Positions 1-15,282 of a stretch of DNA of 64,000 nucleotides are shown piece by piece. Source of the DNA: the human T2T-CHM13v2.0 reference genome, Homo sapiens. Each line of letters begins with the position of its first letter. Within the stretch, counting starts at the first letter, position 1. The notes beneath the pieces were generated by a model. That model was not told the origin of the DNA and ran no database searches. It saw only the letters and a program-made list of their open reading frames with translations. The DNA lies in the NCBI RefSeq assembly GCF_009914755.1, contig NC_060931.1. The stretch is one strand, 5' to 3'. The position numbers and the translations under genes were made by a program.

Positions 1-1772
1 TCTTTCACTTATTTGATTAATTCCTAGGTATTTAATTTTATGTGTGGCTATTATAAATGTTATTACTTTCAAATTTCTTTTTCACATTGTTCTGATTTCA
101 CATTGATCTGATTGCTGCTGATTTTTGTATATTGATTTTGTATTCTGAAACTTTACTGAATTTACTTATCAGTACTAATAGTTTTCTTGTGGAGTCTTTA
201 GGTTTTCCCAAATATAAGATCATATCATCTGCAAACAAGGATTATTTGAGTTCTTCCTTTTCAATTTGAATGCCTGTTATATTTTTCTCTTCTCTGATTG
301 CTCTAGCTAGGACTTCCAGTAGTTTGTTGTATAACAATGGTGACAGTGGGCATCCTTGTCATGGTCCAGATCTTAAAGAAAAGTCTTTTAGTTTTTCCCC
401 ATTCAGTATGATACTAGCTGTGGGTCTGTCATGTATGGCTTTTAATATGTTGAAGTATGTTCCTTCTATCCCCAGTTTTTTGAGAGTTTTTGCTTTATGA
501 AGAATTGCTGAATTTTATCAAATGCTTTTCCAGCGTCAATTGAAATAATTGTATGTTGATTCATTCTGATATGATGTATTGTAACACATTGATTGATTTG
601 CGTATGTTGAACTATCCTTGAATCCCAAGGATAAATCCCACTTTGTCATGATGAATGATCTTTATAATGTGTTGCTGAATTAGGTTTGCTAGTATTTTGT
701 TGAGAATTTTTGAATCAATGTTCATTAGCAATATTGGCCTGTAGTTTTTTTTCTTTGATGTGTCTTTATCTGGTTTTAGTATCAGGGTAATACTGGCCTC
801 ATAGAATTAGTACTCCTCCTTTATTTTTTAGACTACTTTGAGTAGGATTGCTATTACTTCTTCTTTAAATGTTTGGTAGAATTTAGCAGTGAAACCATCA
901 GGTCTCAAGCTTTTCTTTACTGGGAGACTTTATCATGGCTTTGATCTCATTTCTTGTTACTGTTTTTTTTAGGGTTTATATTTTATTCCTGGTTCTTTTG
1001 GTAAGTTGTATGCACCTAGGAATTTGTCCATTTCTTATAGATTTTACACTTTATTGGCATATAGTTGCTCATAGTAGCCACTATGAGCCTTTGAATTTCT
1101 GCAGTATCAGTTGTAATGTCATCTTTTTCATTTCTGATTTTATTTACTTGGATCTTCTCTTTTTTTCTTAGTCTGACTAAAGGTTTGTCAATTTTGTTAA
1201 ACTTTTCAAAAAACCAGCTTGTTTTATTGATCTTTTGTATTTTTTTCTCATTTCAATTTCATTGATTTCTGCTCTGATTTTTATTATTTATTTTCTTGTA
1301 CTAATTTGGGGTTTGGTTTGCTCTTGCTTTTCCAGTTCTTTAAGATGCATCATTAGATTGTTCATTTGAAGCTTTTTTTCTTTTCTGATGTAGGCACTTA
1401 TAGATATTAACTTCCCTGTAGTACTGCTTTTGCTGTGTCCCCTAGGTTTTTGTATGTTGTGTTTCTGTTATCACCTATTTCAATAAAATTTTCAATTTAT
1501 TTCTTATTTTTTTTTTTGCTCAGCCACTGGTCATTCAGGAGCACATTGTTTAGATTCCATGTATTTGTATAGTTTCCAAAATTTATCGTTATTAATTTCT
1601 AATTTTATTCCACTGTGGTCAGAGAAGATGCTTGATATTATTTTATTTTTTGAGTAAAATATGGTCTATCTTTGACAATGATCCATGTGCAAGGAAAAGA
1701 ATGTGTATTCTGCAACTCTTGGATGAAATGTTCTGTAAATATCGATTAGATCTATTTGGTTTACAGTGCAGA
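1..1772 (-). mobile_element. Old LINE-1 (L1MA/L1PB-like) ORF2 fragment, 5'-truncated, continuing off the window's left edge
   Basis: The reverse complement aligns by eye to the + strand L1 ORF2 at ~56950-58760. Peptide 1643..1963 ends NRYLQNISS...HILFLAHGS, also seen in 56509..57066. Confidence 0.93.
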
Positions 1773-4700
1773 CATAATCTGGGAGGCTCTTTGGAGCTCC
1801 TCATGGGGGAAAATTTTCTGTCTAGCCAAACAGGCAGCCCTGACTGGTGTGTGGAAACATTGCTGTCAGCTTTACCACTTTCAGTCACAGAAGATACACA
1901 AAGGGACAGTAGTCTCAATAATTGTTTAAACACATTTTTAAAGGCCCATTTTTCTTCCTCCATGAAGAAACAAATTTTCTGGCCAATCTAGTGCTAAGTG
2001 CCGGAAATCTATATTACGGCATTTTGAGTTCCATTCTAATCTAATTCAATTCTGGTGAAACAAATTTTCACCTGAAAAGCATTGATTTATTTCTCTCTGC
2101 AGTGATTCCTTTTTAAAAATGCACTTGAAACTGGGTTGATATATCAACAGGAAGATTCTATTTCTTCTATATTTCTTGGCATCATTGTCTGTACCCAGCA
2201 AGAGAATAGCAAGGCTATCTTTGGATTATCTGTGCTTTATATCTAATCTTGTTTGAGATACTTTTTATGAAAAAAGATGAAAGTATGAAAAATGTAAATT
2301 TCTTTAGATACTTTAAAGATTGATAGGTCTCTTCTTTTCAACTATATTCACCAGTAAATTTTTTTTTTCTGTTTAGGTATATATAATGTAAGAATACAAA
2401 TATAAGATAAATAACACGATTTTATGCCAATTCTAGAGTTTATATTATAGTTTCAAATTTAAAATACTTAAATGATGTTTCATGGTTTGGAAGCAATTTT
2501 GACCCTACTGCATTCTCAATTTACTGAGTCATTTGTTGAGTAATGACTAAGTGCCAGGCATGATGCTAGGCCTGGGGACTAAGACTTTTTATTTTCAAAG
2601 ATCTCAAAGGGTAGCAGAGACTGTGCACAAAAGAGAGGCATTTGTGATATAATGGGATAAGTATTTGAGTGGATTTATATTCCATTTTTCCCATATTATG
2701 GGTGATATAAAATGTAAGAAAATAACTGTGTTTTAGAAAAAAGATTGGATATGTTTGTCTGGTTCTGATCTTGATTTTCCAGCCAATTAGTAAAATAATC
2801 TTGCTGTATTTATGTTCATGCATGGGTGATGTGGGGAATAAAAACAGTCAAATTAGATGGTTTTATATATATATATATATATGGAGCAGATTTTAGACTA
2901 TAAACCATAGTATGGGTAAGTTGATGTTAATGTCATAGGTGAGATCTTTGAAAAATGTAGTGGCAATTAAAGAATTTACAGACCACAAAAACCAAACATA
3001 ATGCAATGCGATATCTGTTTATACAAATCAATTACAAAAATGGTGTTGTATAACAATTTCTAAACAATGACTTATAATTAGTTGCAATTTAAAGTATTCA
3101 ACAAAACCTTGAAATTCATCAACAATCCTCAGTCCTGCTGAGTGCTTCTGAAATCTCCAACCGTTTTGCTCAAATGAAATAGAAAATTAAAGATGAAAGA
3201 GTTATATTTCTAAGAATTGGGCTTAGCTCAGAATGTAACCTTGGTCTATTCCAGTCTAGGTCACACAAATTTGCACTATTGTTTCTGTATAATGAAGAGA
3301 TCCAAGGTATTTTTCTAATTTTTCAGTGTTGGTGGCAGAAATGGCATGGAGCAAATGTTCACTTCTGAGCAGGAATTACATCAGAAGATCATCTATTTCC
3401 TCCTGGGCTTAGCACACACCGTTCTCTCTAAAGTGCAGACCCATCAGCATCCTGTTTTTCTATCCTTTTCTTGGCTTCTCATTTTGGCTTGCTCTTCTTA
3501 GTTTAGGCTGCTTGGGACTGAGGTTGCAACACTGTAAAAGGTGGCTTGGGTTTTTAGCTCCACACGAGAAGCTTCCAAATTTCAGTCATGAAGTGTCACT
3601 TTCTCATGCTCATTCAGTATCTCAGAGTCACACTGGGTTGGTAAACCTATCCTCATGCTCCACTTGGAAAGGGGAACCAGGGTGAGAAAAACCAATTAGT
3701 TTATCCATTAGAAAAACACACCTAATCAATCTAATGTTAATAGCATAGATTATAGACAGCTAAGCCCTTTTACCTACATTATTTCATTTAATGCTCACAC
3801 CACCTCTGAGATAGGTGCTACACAAATGCCACACTACTACAAAATTCCCATTTTATAGATAACAAAACAGAGGTTAAGAGGTTAAATGCACCACCAGTAA
3901 TTTTAGGAGAATAATAATACATTTTTATGTAAAAAGTATTTAATAAGCAATGTGCAGTCTAAAGTTTCATCAGTGTCCAAAAATGGAAGGTTTACTGAAA
4001 TGTTTCATTTAAAAAAGAATATAAATCTTTACTAATATGATATTTTCTATCAAGGCTAGAGAAATATGTTTAGAGAATCCCGCTTTTTGTAGGAAAGAGA
4101 AGAAAGAAAAAGAAACTTCATAGTTGGAGTTTCAGTCTGAAATGAAAAAGGGAGAAAAATGAGCCAGCCTTTTCAGAGAAGATTGTTGAAACTTCCTAGG
4201 CATAGGACTTGGTGCTGATGAGAGCCTTTTTACCATAGGAACATATGTGGAAAATCAATACTGCAGGTCACAAGCCCTGTCAGTAAATTCCTGTAGTGGA
4301 GCAAAGACCACGTAGAAGTGCCAACCAGAACAGATGTCATTCTTAACTTCATTTTCTCAAACAGAGAAATGCTTGCGGATTTAAAATTGGAACAAAATCT
4401 TCACATAAGCAATCATGAATTGGCAGAATAAGGGATTCTAAGAGAAGGCCTGGAAAAATGCTGAAAAACGAATAAAAAAAGGCTTAAAAACCTGATTTTG
4501 GCAAACATGTGAAATTATAGGACAGACTTTCAATCCATTTTTTTTTAACATTCCTGCAAAGCTGTAGTCACATGTTCTTCATCTCAGGCCCAGGCATGAG
4601 CAATGCCCCATGTCAATTCTACTAGGGCAGGGAGTGCATGATAAGCTTGAGCTGCTTGATTGGAATTATGATAGACAATATTTGTGGCATCTAGGGTGAC

Positions 4701-7700
4701 TCTGGTATAGCCCTATGCCCAGCAGATCTCAGTGTCTCCCTGGATTGCCATACCTGCACTGGGACACCTGCCTTGGTTTCCAGCTAAGGTGAGAGCCATT
4801 CACTTTTGGCTATGGTCTCAACACATTTCTTGATGCTTGCCATTGAAATGAATCTCATTTGTTTTACTTTGTGCTGCTAGCTGAGGTCTTGTTCAGAGAA
4901 AACATATTTTTCATAATTGAGGTAATAATATTTACCCACTTTTGGATATTGTTTATTACTTTGTATCTCCAGACTTACACTCAGATAATATCCTATGATG
5001 CTGTTAGAAGTAAGCTAAATTTTGTCGTGACTTTTTCCTTCATGCTAGTTAGTTATTCTCAAAACCAGTTAGTCCCTTCAGTCTGCCTGGCAGAGTTCCC
5101 AGTATGTCTCACCATGTTGCTCACATTATCCCATGGTTCTCATGAGATGGAATTATATTAGAGTGAAAAATTCCAAGGCAATAGAAAAATATTAAGAACA
5201 TTAAAAATTTAACATTATAGCTCATGATCTAGAAAGGTTGATTTAAGGAAATAATTCAGTAAAGGACAAATGTGTACTTATTAAAAGTATACGTAATGGG
5301 AGTGAGGATCTGTGTCTAGTGAAGAATGTAGGGTGAAAAGTTGTGGGGTCTAAACTTCTGAGTGAGAAAAGAGTTGCAACCTAGGGAGAGAAAAATAGAA
5401 GTTTCTGAATTTCCAGAAACAATATAGATGATAGAATCATACAACAAATGGGATCTTAGCAGTCGTTAAATAAAATTCATTGCATAATACAGGAATTCCT
5501 TTTGTAACACTGCTGATACTGATCATCCGCCCACAACTTGAAATTTTGCAGCTCTGGGGAACTTATTACTGGTAAGTAGGCCACTTTATAGAGGAAAATA
5601 ATAAATAAATATATATTCTTCTTAGTAAGTGGAAACAGGCCAATAACATGGCACTGAAGATTTTTAATGCTTAAAAAGACTTTAATATTTTTAGCAGGGA
5701 GAGCCTAATCTACAGTCTGAACTGGACTGAACATGGCTCTGGGACTCAGGGCAAACATACTACAAAAGGGAAGGACTAATACATATTTTCTAATCAGCTC
5801 AGCTACCTACCTCCATTCCAAGGACACTGTTATCCGTTTTTTTGAGACTGTCTAATGGCCAATGCCTAAGATGTGAAAAGGTCAGACTGGAACCCATATT
5901 TCTTTCATCATAAAATACAAATTCATATTTCCATATTGTTACAGTATTGCTAATAGTTATTATTATTCAGTAGTCTGCTTTTATCTGGATATTTACCAGC
6001 TGGTATTTCCAGTCATTGGTGTCCTAGATATATGGGTAGAGAAGGAAACCCCATTTTTTGCAGAGGGCTGAAGCGTTGCTTAGTTGCTTAGTACATTCTT
6101 GAACAGGAGGTGTCTAAGATGTAAGGACTTTTTATTATTAGCCAGAGACTGTCTTACAATAATTAACTCATGTAATTCTTATTTTGACAGATTTCTGACC
6201 CACAATATCCTAAAAGAACAATTTATATATAATTAAGCAAGTAAGTGTGATTCCAAAAGAAAATTGTAAAATAGACAAAATTTATATTTCTAGTGAATCA
6301 TAATAACAAATATTCACTGAATGAATTAATAGTCATGATTATTAGAGTAGAATGAAAAAATGATTTGTATCCAAAAGATTACAAAAATCTAAATTTGAAT
6401 ATATTTAAGAGAAAAAAATGAGTGAAGAAAGAAGGGGCGAAAATGAGAACATGACAATAGATTCTACAAAGCTAGGATGCTCACAAAATCAAACAGAGCA
6501 GCAATGACTGGACAGTGATGAATTGATGGTATTTGCAAGGAAAGGATTCTTAAGTAATGATGTCTAGTGAGCTTCATGGGTTTTCTGTGAAAGGTTAGGG
6601 ATAATAAAACTTCTTAGAAAATTTCACTGAAATCACCATACTGTTGACTTCTGCTTCAACATGATCACACTGGCTACTCTGATTAGGGTACTGTTTATAA
6701 AGAAGAGTGTGTATGCCTGTTTGTGCACACATGTGTGTGTGGAGACAATGTGTCTCTTAATGAAGATGATTTCTGCATCTTTTGTACATTTATATTCTAT
6801 GTCTACTGATATCTTGTTCCAAAGTAGCTGTAGAAATAAAATTAGCTCTTTAATGGATTATATCATCATGGGAAATTAGGAAAATGTCTTTCCTCTTCCC
6901 TCTTCTGTAATTCTGCCTCTAACTGGTCATTAGGACACGTTGAGTTTTTTTTAAATATCCATTTCCTCTCCTCCATTGCTGACTGTTCTTAAAGTTTGGT
7001 GCTTAATAACCTTTACCATTGCTTTCTAACTTGTTCTCTTGCCTCCTGTTTGTTCTTTCAATCTGTCTTTCATATTGCCTCTGAGTTATCTCCTGAAAAG
7101 AGAGATCTGATCCAATGGCCCCCGTTAAAAACAAAAACAACTTATATGGCTCCCCATGGTGAAGAGAATAAAGTTCTGCATTCCCTATTTCAACTATGAA
7201 TTCTCTAGGATGCATTACTTGACTATGTTTGGTACTAATGTTCTGTGCTCTTAAAGATTTTTGTCTTTTTCCTGTTATAAAACCTTGCCAAAATGTATTG
7301 GAAATCCTGATTTACTTATTGACCTACTATGATTATACTGTTGGTCTTGTTTTAAGTTGTATTGCTATTCCCAGTAGTCACTACTATATAGTATATGAAA
7401 GTTAAGGGCTGGAACAAATTTGGCTTTAACTTGGCTTAGTTTTCCACTCTATGCCTTTCTGTGCACAGTGCAGTGCACCTGTTCCTCAACACTTCCCAGC
7501 ACTTCTGGGCTCTTCTCCCTTGGCACACTCTCCATGTAATGTAACCTTCCTGACCCTATATAGCAACACTTCACCTGTCATTGAAGCCAGACCTCTAACT
7601 GTACACTCTCTTTCAAGCTTTCTCTGATCTCATTTGTCTTCTTTACTTCTTTGGAATCCAATTGCATGTTCTTTTGGACTCTACCATAGCACTGAACTCT

Positions 7701-10189
7701 TTCTGCTTGGAAATGCAGTTAGCTTTTAATCTCACATTTTCTCTACTTCTTTGAAAGTTTCTTGAAGATAGATGTGATGCCTAGCTCATCTTTACTGCCT
7801 TCATGGCATAGATGAAAAGTGCTAACTTTATGAAGAAGATGCTTACTAAGTATTTTTTAAGTGGTCAAGGGGGTGTTTGATGGATCAGTATTTCCTCATG
7901 TGTGTTCTGCAGAAGTCTATTTCTGCAGCATTTCAGTAGGTTTTATATGAAATGGAGTTCTGTGGTCAAGGAGGTTTGGGAAATTCTGTGTCTAACAGAG
8001 TCAAACTGTTTTAGTTTTAACTGAGATACTTATTAGAGGCTTAAATGCTGAAGTTTGTCGTTCTCTAATGGTAAAATATTTTATCCAGCATTTCCAAACT
8101 TACATGGGCTACAGAACTCTTTATTGACAAACTGCCATGTTACATATAATCCAGTGAGAAGATCTGGCTGGCCCCTGTTTTACAGTTGCAAACAGTTCCA
8201 AACTCCAAACTAAATAGCCTTGGAGTTAACTAAGTTAGAGACTAAATCTTTAACTGAGTTGACATATGAAGATGCTCTGATCTTCATGCAGCTATAGCCT
8301 TTGACTTTTGAGCTGCAGGAGGCAATATCAGTGAGACTAAGCAGGGCAAGCACTGTTAGAGGATTTTTTTTAACCATTTAGGATGTCTAAATTACAGTTA
8401 AGCAGAATGTCTCAATATTATGTAATTTATCCTAGTATACAGGCTATTATAAGGAAATTTTCACAATTAATTTTTGTTACTTGATTCCTCTTAACTTACC
8501 CACTTTGAAGACATACATTTTGCATATTTACCATAGCATAAGAGAATCTTGAAGAACAATTTTATAGATGTGCAATTGTGTGGGCTTTATACAAGAAGAA
8601 TTGCAACTCATTGTTCAAAGTCAAAATGAAACAGGGCTTGATAAGTAGTTTTTCAAAAAGGAAATCATCCTGCTCCAATTTCAACACCCACATCACCCAC
8701 ATCAGTAACATGCATTATAACCTGCTCTGACAAATCACATGATATCAATAATGTTTTAGAATATAATGTATACTCAGTTTTCACTTGGAATCTGCACTAG
8801 GAAATAATGGAAGACGTTGCCTTGGGAAAATATACTTCAGTTTCTGTCTATCATTCTCTTCATCTCAAGTATAGTCTTCTGAAGAGCAGAGCTATATCCT
8901 TTGTTTCCTTTGCATGCTCCTCCAACTTGAGTGCTGCTCTGTGTACTCAGCAGGTACTCTAAAGACATTATTAGGCTGATGCCCAAGTAAGTAAGTACCT
9001 TCATTAAGTTTTAAATGCAAGAACATCTTGATGATAAGGTATGGAGGAGTGTAGGGGTGGTGGTGGGCAGAAGCACCAGCCCCCTGGAGACGGAAAACAA
9101 AATTCAAAAGACCTTGATAAGCAAGAAACGAATATAAAGACGTTCTCTGGTACACTCAAAGAACAAAAATCACATTGTATAAATGTAAAATGAGTAATAA
9201 GGAGCTAGATCCAAGAACCTCAGGGAAACATGGAAAAGTCATCATGAATTATAAGAGCTCCCATGAGTCAGTAATATGGTGCTTTTAAAAACTGAGCATT
9301 TTCCCAAGGATATGTTAAAAAGGAGAATAGTAGGCAAGGTTTATGCTTGGAGTACATCTCATGTTAAATGACATACCTAAATGAGATAACCTGAATATAT
9401 TGTGAGCTAAAGAAATAAAACTCAACTAATATTTCAATTTTGTGAATTTTTCCTGCAAGATTCCTGAAAATATTGTGCCAATTAAGTCTCTTTCTAAATA
9501 ATGGCAGCATTCACAAGCTCAGATCTCAAATTCCCAAGTATAATATTGGTTACAATGCAGATGAAGTATCCTTTGTGTTCTAACCATGATGAAATGACAA
9601 CCACCATCCTGGGGAACTATTCCCATGTGAAGAAGAGTGACTGAATTCCTGTCCTTGTAATACTCTGGTAGCATTAGGAGTGGTATTCCCATCCTGTCAA
9701 ACTGTGTGCACCTCTTTTGCTGAATATTCATTAGATTTCAGTTACACATGCTATGGGATTTCAAAGATCTGTAATGATTGAAAAAATTCATATACCTATT
9801 TTGGATAATTCATGTTGAGTATTAAATAGGAAATGAAATAAAAAGATTATTTCTCTTTTATTAACTCATTAAGACTATTGTCTAATACAGTAAAGAATTT
9901 TAAATAAAATATGCAACTGGGGAAAACTAAAGCAAACAGAGTTTTGCCATAGCTTTATAATGGTGTGTAAACTCAGTTTGTCACAAAAGGCATTTCATTA
10001 GAGGAGAATGTGCACATCAAATATATTCTAAAACTGAGAAGTGGAAATTCCCCATTTTATACAAGGCAATCTAAAAATGTAAGGAAATAGAGATTTTGAG
10101 CAATATAACTGATATGTAGATGAGAAATATTTCAACCTTGTACTTCATAAAAGATATACATTTTCAAATTGACCATTATAAAAACCAAT

Positions 10190-10880
10190 TACCCTGCCAT
10201 GAGGAAGCCCAAACATCTTGTAAAAAGACCCACATCAAGAAAAATGGGAACTCTCAGTCCATAGCTCCATCTGAGCTCTCAGAGGCCAGCTGCCCCCATT
10301 TGTCAGTCATAGGAGTAAGCCATCTTGAAAGAGGATTTTCCAGCACCCAGTCAAGCTGCCTACTTCGGGTTAGGCTCTCCAGAAGCAAACACTGAGATGG
10401 AGTGGGTAATACAAGTGGGTAGGAGAAATCAACATCTGTGAAAGAAAGAGGAAACGCAGGACCGAGCAGAGGAAAAATCTAAATCGTAATGAAGGTCTGA
10501 CAAAGCCCTTGCCAACCAGCTATGAAGCTCTGCAGTGGATTTTGCCCATCGAATTTGTTCAGTGTCAGGTTAGAATGAGCAGAACTTTGTATTCCTGCCT
10601 TGCTCAGTCATCAGATGAGAGCTGCCCTGGAAAGGATGTGACCTCCAGATGAAGCAGCTCTCTGCATCTAAGACAGATCCCGAAAGGGCTGACAGCTAGA
10701 AGTGTCTGCTAACCACACACCCCACACACCCCACAGCTGGACAGCAAGTTTTTCCTTGAAAGGGGAGGATCTTTGTGGTGCATCTCCTTATCTGCCCCAC
10801 TGCCCCAGCTGATGCTATGTGGAGCAGAGATGAGTTTCCCTGGGGAGTTTTTGTTATACAGCAATAGTAACTGTGATACA
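10190..10880 (+). mobile_element. MLT1-type MaLR LTR interrupted by an ERVL-type (LTR33-like) LTR at ~10361-10799
   Basis: MLT1 motifs (gaggaagccca, gccatcttg, ccccagctgatgctatgtggagcagagatgag) are split by an insert flanked by CTGCC at 10356-10360 and 10800-10804. Confidence 0.65.
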
Positions 10881-11455
10881 CCAAAACTTTTCCAAGCTAT
10901 AAAATGACAAAAAAGTGAAAACTCTAATTTAATTTAGGTATTTATTTATTTGATCTCTGTGTGAGTAAGGATTATTTAGGAATTTATTCGTTTGGTCTCC
11001 ATAAATAATAGAAAGAATCAAAAAGAAAAAATATCAAGGAATAGACAACTCTTTAGTGAAAAAGTATCATAAAGTTTGAACAACAAATAAGACAATATTT
11101 ATAACAAAAAATAGGCAAAGAATTTTTATCATATATGATATACTCAGACAAATCAATAAGTTTTAGTACAGAAATAGGCATGTCAGAAAAGAGATATCTA
11201 TCTCTCTATATAGATAGATAATATACATATAAAAACTGCTCAATCTTGTGAATACATAAAGGAATACAAGTTAAAACTAAAATAATCATCAGTTTGATTT
11301 ACAAATAAACAATATTAAAAGAAAGTGTTAATGTTTATGTTAAGGTCATAAACATAAGGTCATATGATGTGCAATAAGGTCATTCACATTAGCAGTGGAG
11401 GAAGGAGAATTTCATCAGACCCTTTTAGAAAGCATCTTGGCAATAGGCATTGTGA

Positions 11456-11640
11456 GGCCTGTTGTGGGATGAGGGGAGTGGGGAGGGATAGCATTAGGAG
11501 ATATACCTAATGTAAATGACAAGTTAACGGGTGCAACACACCACCATGGCGCATGTATACATATGTAACAAACCTGCACATTGTGCACATGTACCGTAGA
11601 ACTTAAAGTATAATAAAAAATATATAGAGAGAAAAAAAGA
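11456..11640 (+). mobile_element. L1PA 3' end, heavily 5'-truncated, with A-rich tail
   Basis: Contains ggagggatagcattaggagatatacctaatgtaaatgac...aacttaaagtataataaaaaa, the canonical L1PA 3'UTR end. Confidence 0.92.
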
Positions 11641-13032
11641 AAATGATCAAAAACAAGTCATAAAATATAAATGCAAAAGGAAAAGTTATAAAATTCTATG
11701 TTCTCTCCCATCCAGTAATTAAGTTTCCCAAACTCTACCTTGCGTAAATATTCTGAAAATATGGCCAGTATTTTTGTATTAAAATGTTTATTCTTTTATT
11801 TTTGTTAATAGCCAAATAAGGGGATAGTTGTAGTAACTGATGAGATAGAATGTTATATGGCCACTAAGCATACTGTTTTCTAAGAAATTTTAATGGTGAA
11901 AAAATGTTTATTATGTTCAAAAATGTACATAGACTCTATATACAATACAAATCCAACTATGAAAAAATATATATGTGTTTGAAAATGTGGCGACGTGTCC
12001 ACAGTTGCTTCTCCTAGGAAGTTGTTCAAATAGTATTATTAATTTCTACCCACTTTGGACAGAGTTATTTCTCTTCAAATTGCCACCTTAATACAAGGCA
12101 TTAATGTCTTTACTCTCAGTTCAGGGAATGTACAAGTGTCCCAGACTATTGGATAGAGTGGTTCCCATGCAATAATTTTCAAGAAATTCACTCTCAAGCA
12201 CTTTTAAGTGCTGAGCTTCTTTCACTCACCTTTGGTTGTTGTGGCCAAACATCCCTTTCTTCTGCTGAGTCTCCTTTCTTTCCATAACTTCCTCTCTGGG
12301 ACAGCTACTCCTCTGCTTTCTCTTATTCCTCTCTTTCAATCATAGTTTTCTGCCCTGAACTGTGTCCAGACAAGGTTAGAATTATCTTTAAATCTTTGTT
12401 TCTGCTCTAGTGTGATCTTCAGTTTTTATTGAGTGTGACAAAGTAGATGATATAGGAAATATACATAAAGTGATTTGGGCTAATAATTCTTTGGCTTGAC
12501 TTATCCACATTATTGTAGGAAGACTTAACGCTGGCTAGAGGAGACTAGATGAATTAAAAATCCCTTCTACTTGACATCCTGTAGTTCTGAGAACTTTTGG
12601 GAAGGAAAGTACATTATATTTAACTTGTAAGACAGTTTGTATTCATGGAATCCACAAAGTTCTAGAAAAGTATGAAGTTACACTGAAGATTTGTCATCAG
12701 AGGTGTAGAGAAATGACTCAATCGCCTCATGAGATCTGTGTGTTCAGTTTTTATTTTTCCTAATCTGTTTAATGGCAGAAGTGGGCAGTGCCATGGTCTC
12801 TTACACTACTAAAAACTAGTGTTAAAAAGTAATGCTAAAAGTAGTTTATCCTTACTCAGAAAATTCTCCGTTTGACAAAGACTTTTTTTGAGAGAAAAAG
12901 AGATAATGTATCTATGGATGTCTCAAGGGTATTTTAGGTACATTCAATGACTGCACCATCCTCTAAAGCACCTCCCTGCACTTGATTCTCTTCCAATAAA
13001 GGAGAAAATCAACAGAAGCAAAGTTGACAGCC

Positions 13033-13061
<29 letters not shown>
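13033..13061 (+). repeat. Poly(A)29 homopolymer
   Basis: 29 consecutive A residues, with no adjoining Alu or L1 body. Confidence 0.95.
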
Positions 13062-13064
<3 letters not shown>

Positions 13065-15282
13065 ACGCTGCCTGTGACAATGTATCTGGGACACAAAGCA
13101 TTGACCTTGAAGCACTGGTCCATTCATTTGTGAATGATTTAATCACTAGGACCTTTTAACATCTGGGTCATTGCTCCATGGCATGTGATCCCATGGATCT
13201 CCCTTGCTCCTGTTTTCTCACATCTATCTTTATTACTCATCAAAAGGAAACTCGAGATCTCCACTTCTATGAGTATTGGCTCAATCTTACATAGGGAAGA
13301 AGTGGGGGAAAAATTGGGAACTAAAGAAATTATCAAACCATTATTCATAGGTGAAGTCTACTGAAAAATATTCTCTAATTATTAAACTCAAAATATTTTC
13401 TACATATCTGTTATGTAAATATTATTAAACAACACTTATTTAGAAATCCAGAAGAAAAATGACACCCTAGCTGGGGTAGTTGGGAATGTGGATAAGAAGA
13501 AAGAGAAGTTTATATCAGGGAGGCTACTGAAAATTGGTCTTATAATTATAGAAGAAAAGAACCATACATTCTAGAGATAACACAATAAAAGGTGTGTGTG
13601 TGTGTGATGAGTTAGCGTTTGTTGTTATGACCATAATAAACTGAATTATTTGAAATTCATTTATCTGTTAAAACAAAAGCAGAACATAACAGGTAAAAAC
13701 CTTAGTATGGAAATATTAAATCTCAGTACAAACTAGTAAATTTGCATTGGGAGAATGAGATTCAGAAAGAGAAAAAGACCCTAATTGAAATTGTTTTATT
13801 TAAATAAAAGGAATAAAAATAAATTTGTGCTTGATTTGTTATGCATTAATAATTAGCAAGTAAGTAATATGTGCTAGAATTGTTATGTTAATTTAAATTA
13901 TATTAAAATAATTCAATTCCTTGTAAAACATTAAAAAGAGAGCATGATCTATATTTTAAAGCCATATTAAAAGGGGGTGACATATGTGAAAAGAAAAACT
14001 TGAAGGAAAATAACAGAACATTATGAAGACTATGTAGAAATACTGAAAATGTTTGAGTAATGCTGAGTCAAACATAAGAAATTGAATATGTGTGGATTAT
14101 ATAATTGATGTAAATATAAATTCATGTGGCAGACGATATGTGAACATGTTAGGACAGTGGCATTAATACTATTGCTATTATTATTAAATTATTTTAAATA
14201 TTATCTTATTTTAAAACTATCCCTCCAATGCTTTATCGTGAAGAGTCAAATACTTTTATAATTTTTTTGAACTAATATGTCTTTGAATAAAATGCCAGGA
14301 AAATTTTGCAAAGAAAACGTTATATTTTTGTTTGTAAACAACTTTAACAACCTTGCTTTATTTTTGATATCTAATAACTAACCATTTCCATAAAAGCATC
14401 ACCTATAAAATTAGTTTAATGATGATGTGTACTGATCTATGATAGAATTGAATTATCGTTCAGATAATTATCAAAGTGATTATATTTCATGACTTAAAAA
14501 AATCTTTAATAATCTTGTATATTTTTTTCATTTGGCATCATTGCAACATCACTAGAATGATGTGCCTCCTCTTGGAGTTGTTTCAACATATGTTGTATTT
14601 CCCATGACTTAGTACTCAACATCTAGTTACTGGAGCAGAAATGGAAAATGCCATCAAAGATAGCTGAAAAGGCTTATTTTCCTTGAATTTTTCCTGAGGA
14701 CAAGGATGACTCGTATTATTTAATGTTGTTCATGCTACTAATGCCACAGCCCTGGTAAACCAAAGCATTAAAGGTTCCCTCCAGCCACAGGATGCATTGT
14801 AATAAGAAGAGGCAGCAGGATTGCTCAGTCATGTGATGATCCCATCCCATTTCAGCAGCCTTAGGGAATGTTGTGCCCCTGGTGAGATCCATAGATCTGA
14901 TTGATTAGAAATTGTCTCTGTCTAGACTTAGTTCTTGGTGGAATATATTTTCCTTGTAGAGGAACCATTTTTCCAGTTCTGTAATGGTTTTGAAATGATC
15001 AATTTGTAAATGAGGAAGAAATGTAGGTAGTGAGTAACATTCATGTTGTTGAGTCATGATTAATTACCTCATAATCCCAGTATTTCTAATGCTGCATTTA
15101 GCACACAGTAATCATTGAAATAACTGGGACTGTGCTGATGATATGCAGAATTTTAAGTAATCCATGTTGGACTCTCAGTGAAATTTCAAATCCAAAAATG
15201 ATATGAAAATGGAATGTAGTTAAAATAGATAAAAATAACATTAGCTCTTTTAACCCTATTTATAATCCTGTGGGTGGAACTA

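Noticed and set aside
1-1772. Long-range inverted repeat with 56950-58760
   Set aside because: Two independent, diverged copies of related L1 subfamilies, not a segmental palindrome.
12990-13070. AATAAA followed by A29 as a processed-pseudogene 3' end
   Set aside because: No TSD or recognisable upstream ORF, and the signal is more than 30 nt from the A-run.
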